DNA of 64,000 nt, taken from the NCBI GenBank assembly GCA_043228905.1, contig JBHGNT010000016.1, positions 14,756,001-14,820,000 on the forward strand, written 5' to 3'. The position numbers and the translations under genes are program-made. The first letter of the stretch is position 1, and every line of letters starts with the position of its first letter. The DNA comes from Azolla caroliniana. Its lineage: Eukaryota > Plantae > Polypodiophyta. The notes beneath the pieces are model-generated. The model ran no database searches. It saw only the letters and a program-made list of their open reading frames with translations, and was not told the origin of the DNA. Shown one piece after another: positions 62,732-64,000 of the stretch.

Positions 62732-64000
62732 ATGATAACAGATGATATATTATGTGAAGAGTAAGTACAAAATAGCTATGAGGCTTAAGACTGGCGTTGA
62801 ACCAATTTGGTTCGAAATAATGCCTTGTGCCTCTTTTTATAGTGTTCTCAGGAATAGTCCTAAAGCTTCTAGAATGTTCCAGAGAAATCTGGAATATACA
62901 ATAATTCTCTATAGTAAAACTTAAATGAAAATAATATCCTACATATTACAATAGGTAATGTAATGGCCAAGAGCTCAACCCATATAACATAAGGTTATGG
63001 GTTCAAGTCTTGCCATATCATGACACTATCCCCCCCTTAAGATGACGAGTGTCACGAGTCAGCACTGATTGTGGACCGGGTTTGTCCGAATACTTTTGGT
63101 AGAAATCAGCAAGAAGATCCTTTGGCGACATGCTCGACGGGTTCCCAAGTAAGTTCACTCGGACTATAGCCAAGCCAATCGACCAAATAATAAAGTTTGT
63201 TGTGAACAAACTTGGAGTCGAGGACAGCAGCAACTTCATACTCTGGGCCGGTGTCCAACTCAAGCGGGGGCGGCGGTGGTGTACACGATCGGGAATAGTG
63301 TTGGCCTGATAAGGTTCGAGAAGAGAACTATGGAAGACTGGATGTATCTGAAGGTGCGGAGGAAGATCAAGGCGGAACGTGACATCATTAATCTTGCCGG
63401 TAATACGGAAAGGACCGAGTCATTGATAATCCAATTTGTTGCACGATCGAGTTGTCTTGATGTGACGACGTAAGATCCATACTCGATCTCTGATGGCAAA
63501 AGAGGAGGGAATCCGATGACGATCTTCATAAGTCTTCTGAGTGTGTTGAGCATGACGAAGATGAATAGATAGATCCGTCTGAATCTTGCGTAGCCTCTCC
63601 AGATGATCCTCGGCAAGAGGATTGGTAGGTAGCTCCAGAGTGTCGATCACAGACCAGCGAGGATGAGAACCAATATAAGCATAAAATGGCAAGACCCAAG
63701 TCGAGGAGTGAATATTTTTGTTATACGCAAACTCCGCAAAGTGGAGAATATCAGCCCAATCGTCTTGTTGATAACTCAGAAAACACCGAAGATATTGTTC
63801 CAGTGTTTGATTCATTCGTTCCGCTTGCCTATCGGTTTGGGGATGGTAGTTAGAGGAGAGGTTGCAAGAGACCTTGAGCATCTTGAAGAGATGCTTCCAA
63901 AATTTGGAGACGAATTGAGGTCCTCAGTCACTCATGATACTGTCTCGGAGGCCATGATACCAAAATACCTCACGCATGACAAGGGTTGCAGTTTCCTCAC

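Larger units (their letters stand above)
57998..64000 (-). mobile_element. 3' end of a chromovirus-type Gypsy: 3' LTR 57998-63025 (interrupted by the LINE), PPT, integrase and chromodomain remnant
   Basis: LTR termini TGTCA...TGACA, PPT complement ctatcccccccttaa 63026-63040; [48 protein letters not shown]. Confidence 0.88.

Overview
Eukaryotic, almost certainly land-plant, repeat-rich DNA. The tRNA-iMet PBSs, Ty1/copia and Ty3/gypsy pol motifs and one L-type lectin exon point to a plant; the Gypsy/LINE types suggest a non-seed plant, by inference only. The window is a stack of nested retrotransposons, most of whose boundaries can be fixed by TG...CA termini and target-site duplications (TSDs). 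It holds four full-length copia elements (994-11672, 5045-10374, 26655-32011, 34214-39760), a non-autonomous LTR element (26396-33356) and a Gypsy with a 4-bp TSD (42020-47210). It also holds several solo LTRs, a near full-length two-ORF LINE in a (GA)n tract, and the 3' end of a chromovirus. No intact host gene, rRNA, true tRNA or CRISPR array is seen. The standout is 41489-53532, a Ty3/gypsy gag-PR-RT-RH-IN element. It keeps a PBS and a PPT but has no direct LTRs, and is bounded instead by 62-bp terminal inverted repeats and a perfect 5-bp TSD. Also notable: tRNA-like A/B-box modules built into LTRs of several families, a CpG-centred 4-bp target preference, and a parallel +1 repeat unit in the 3' LTR of two sister copia insertions. 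All comparisons were made by eye.
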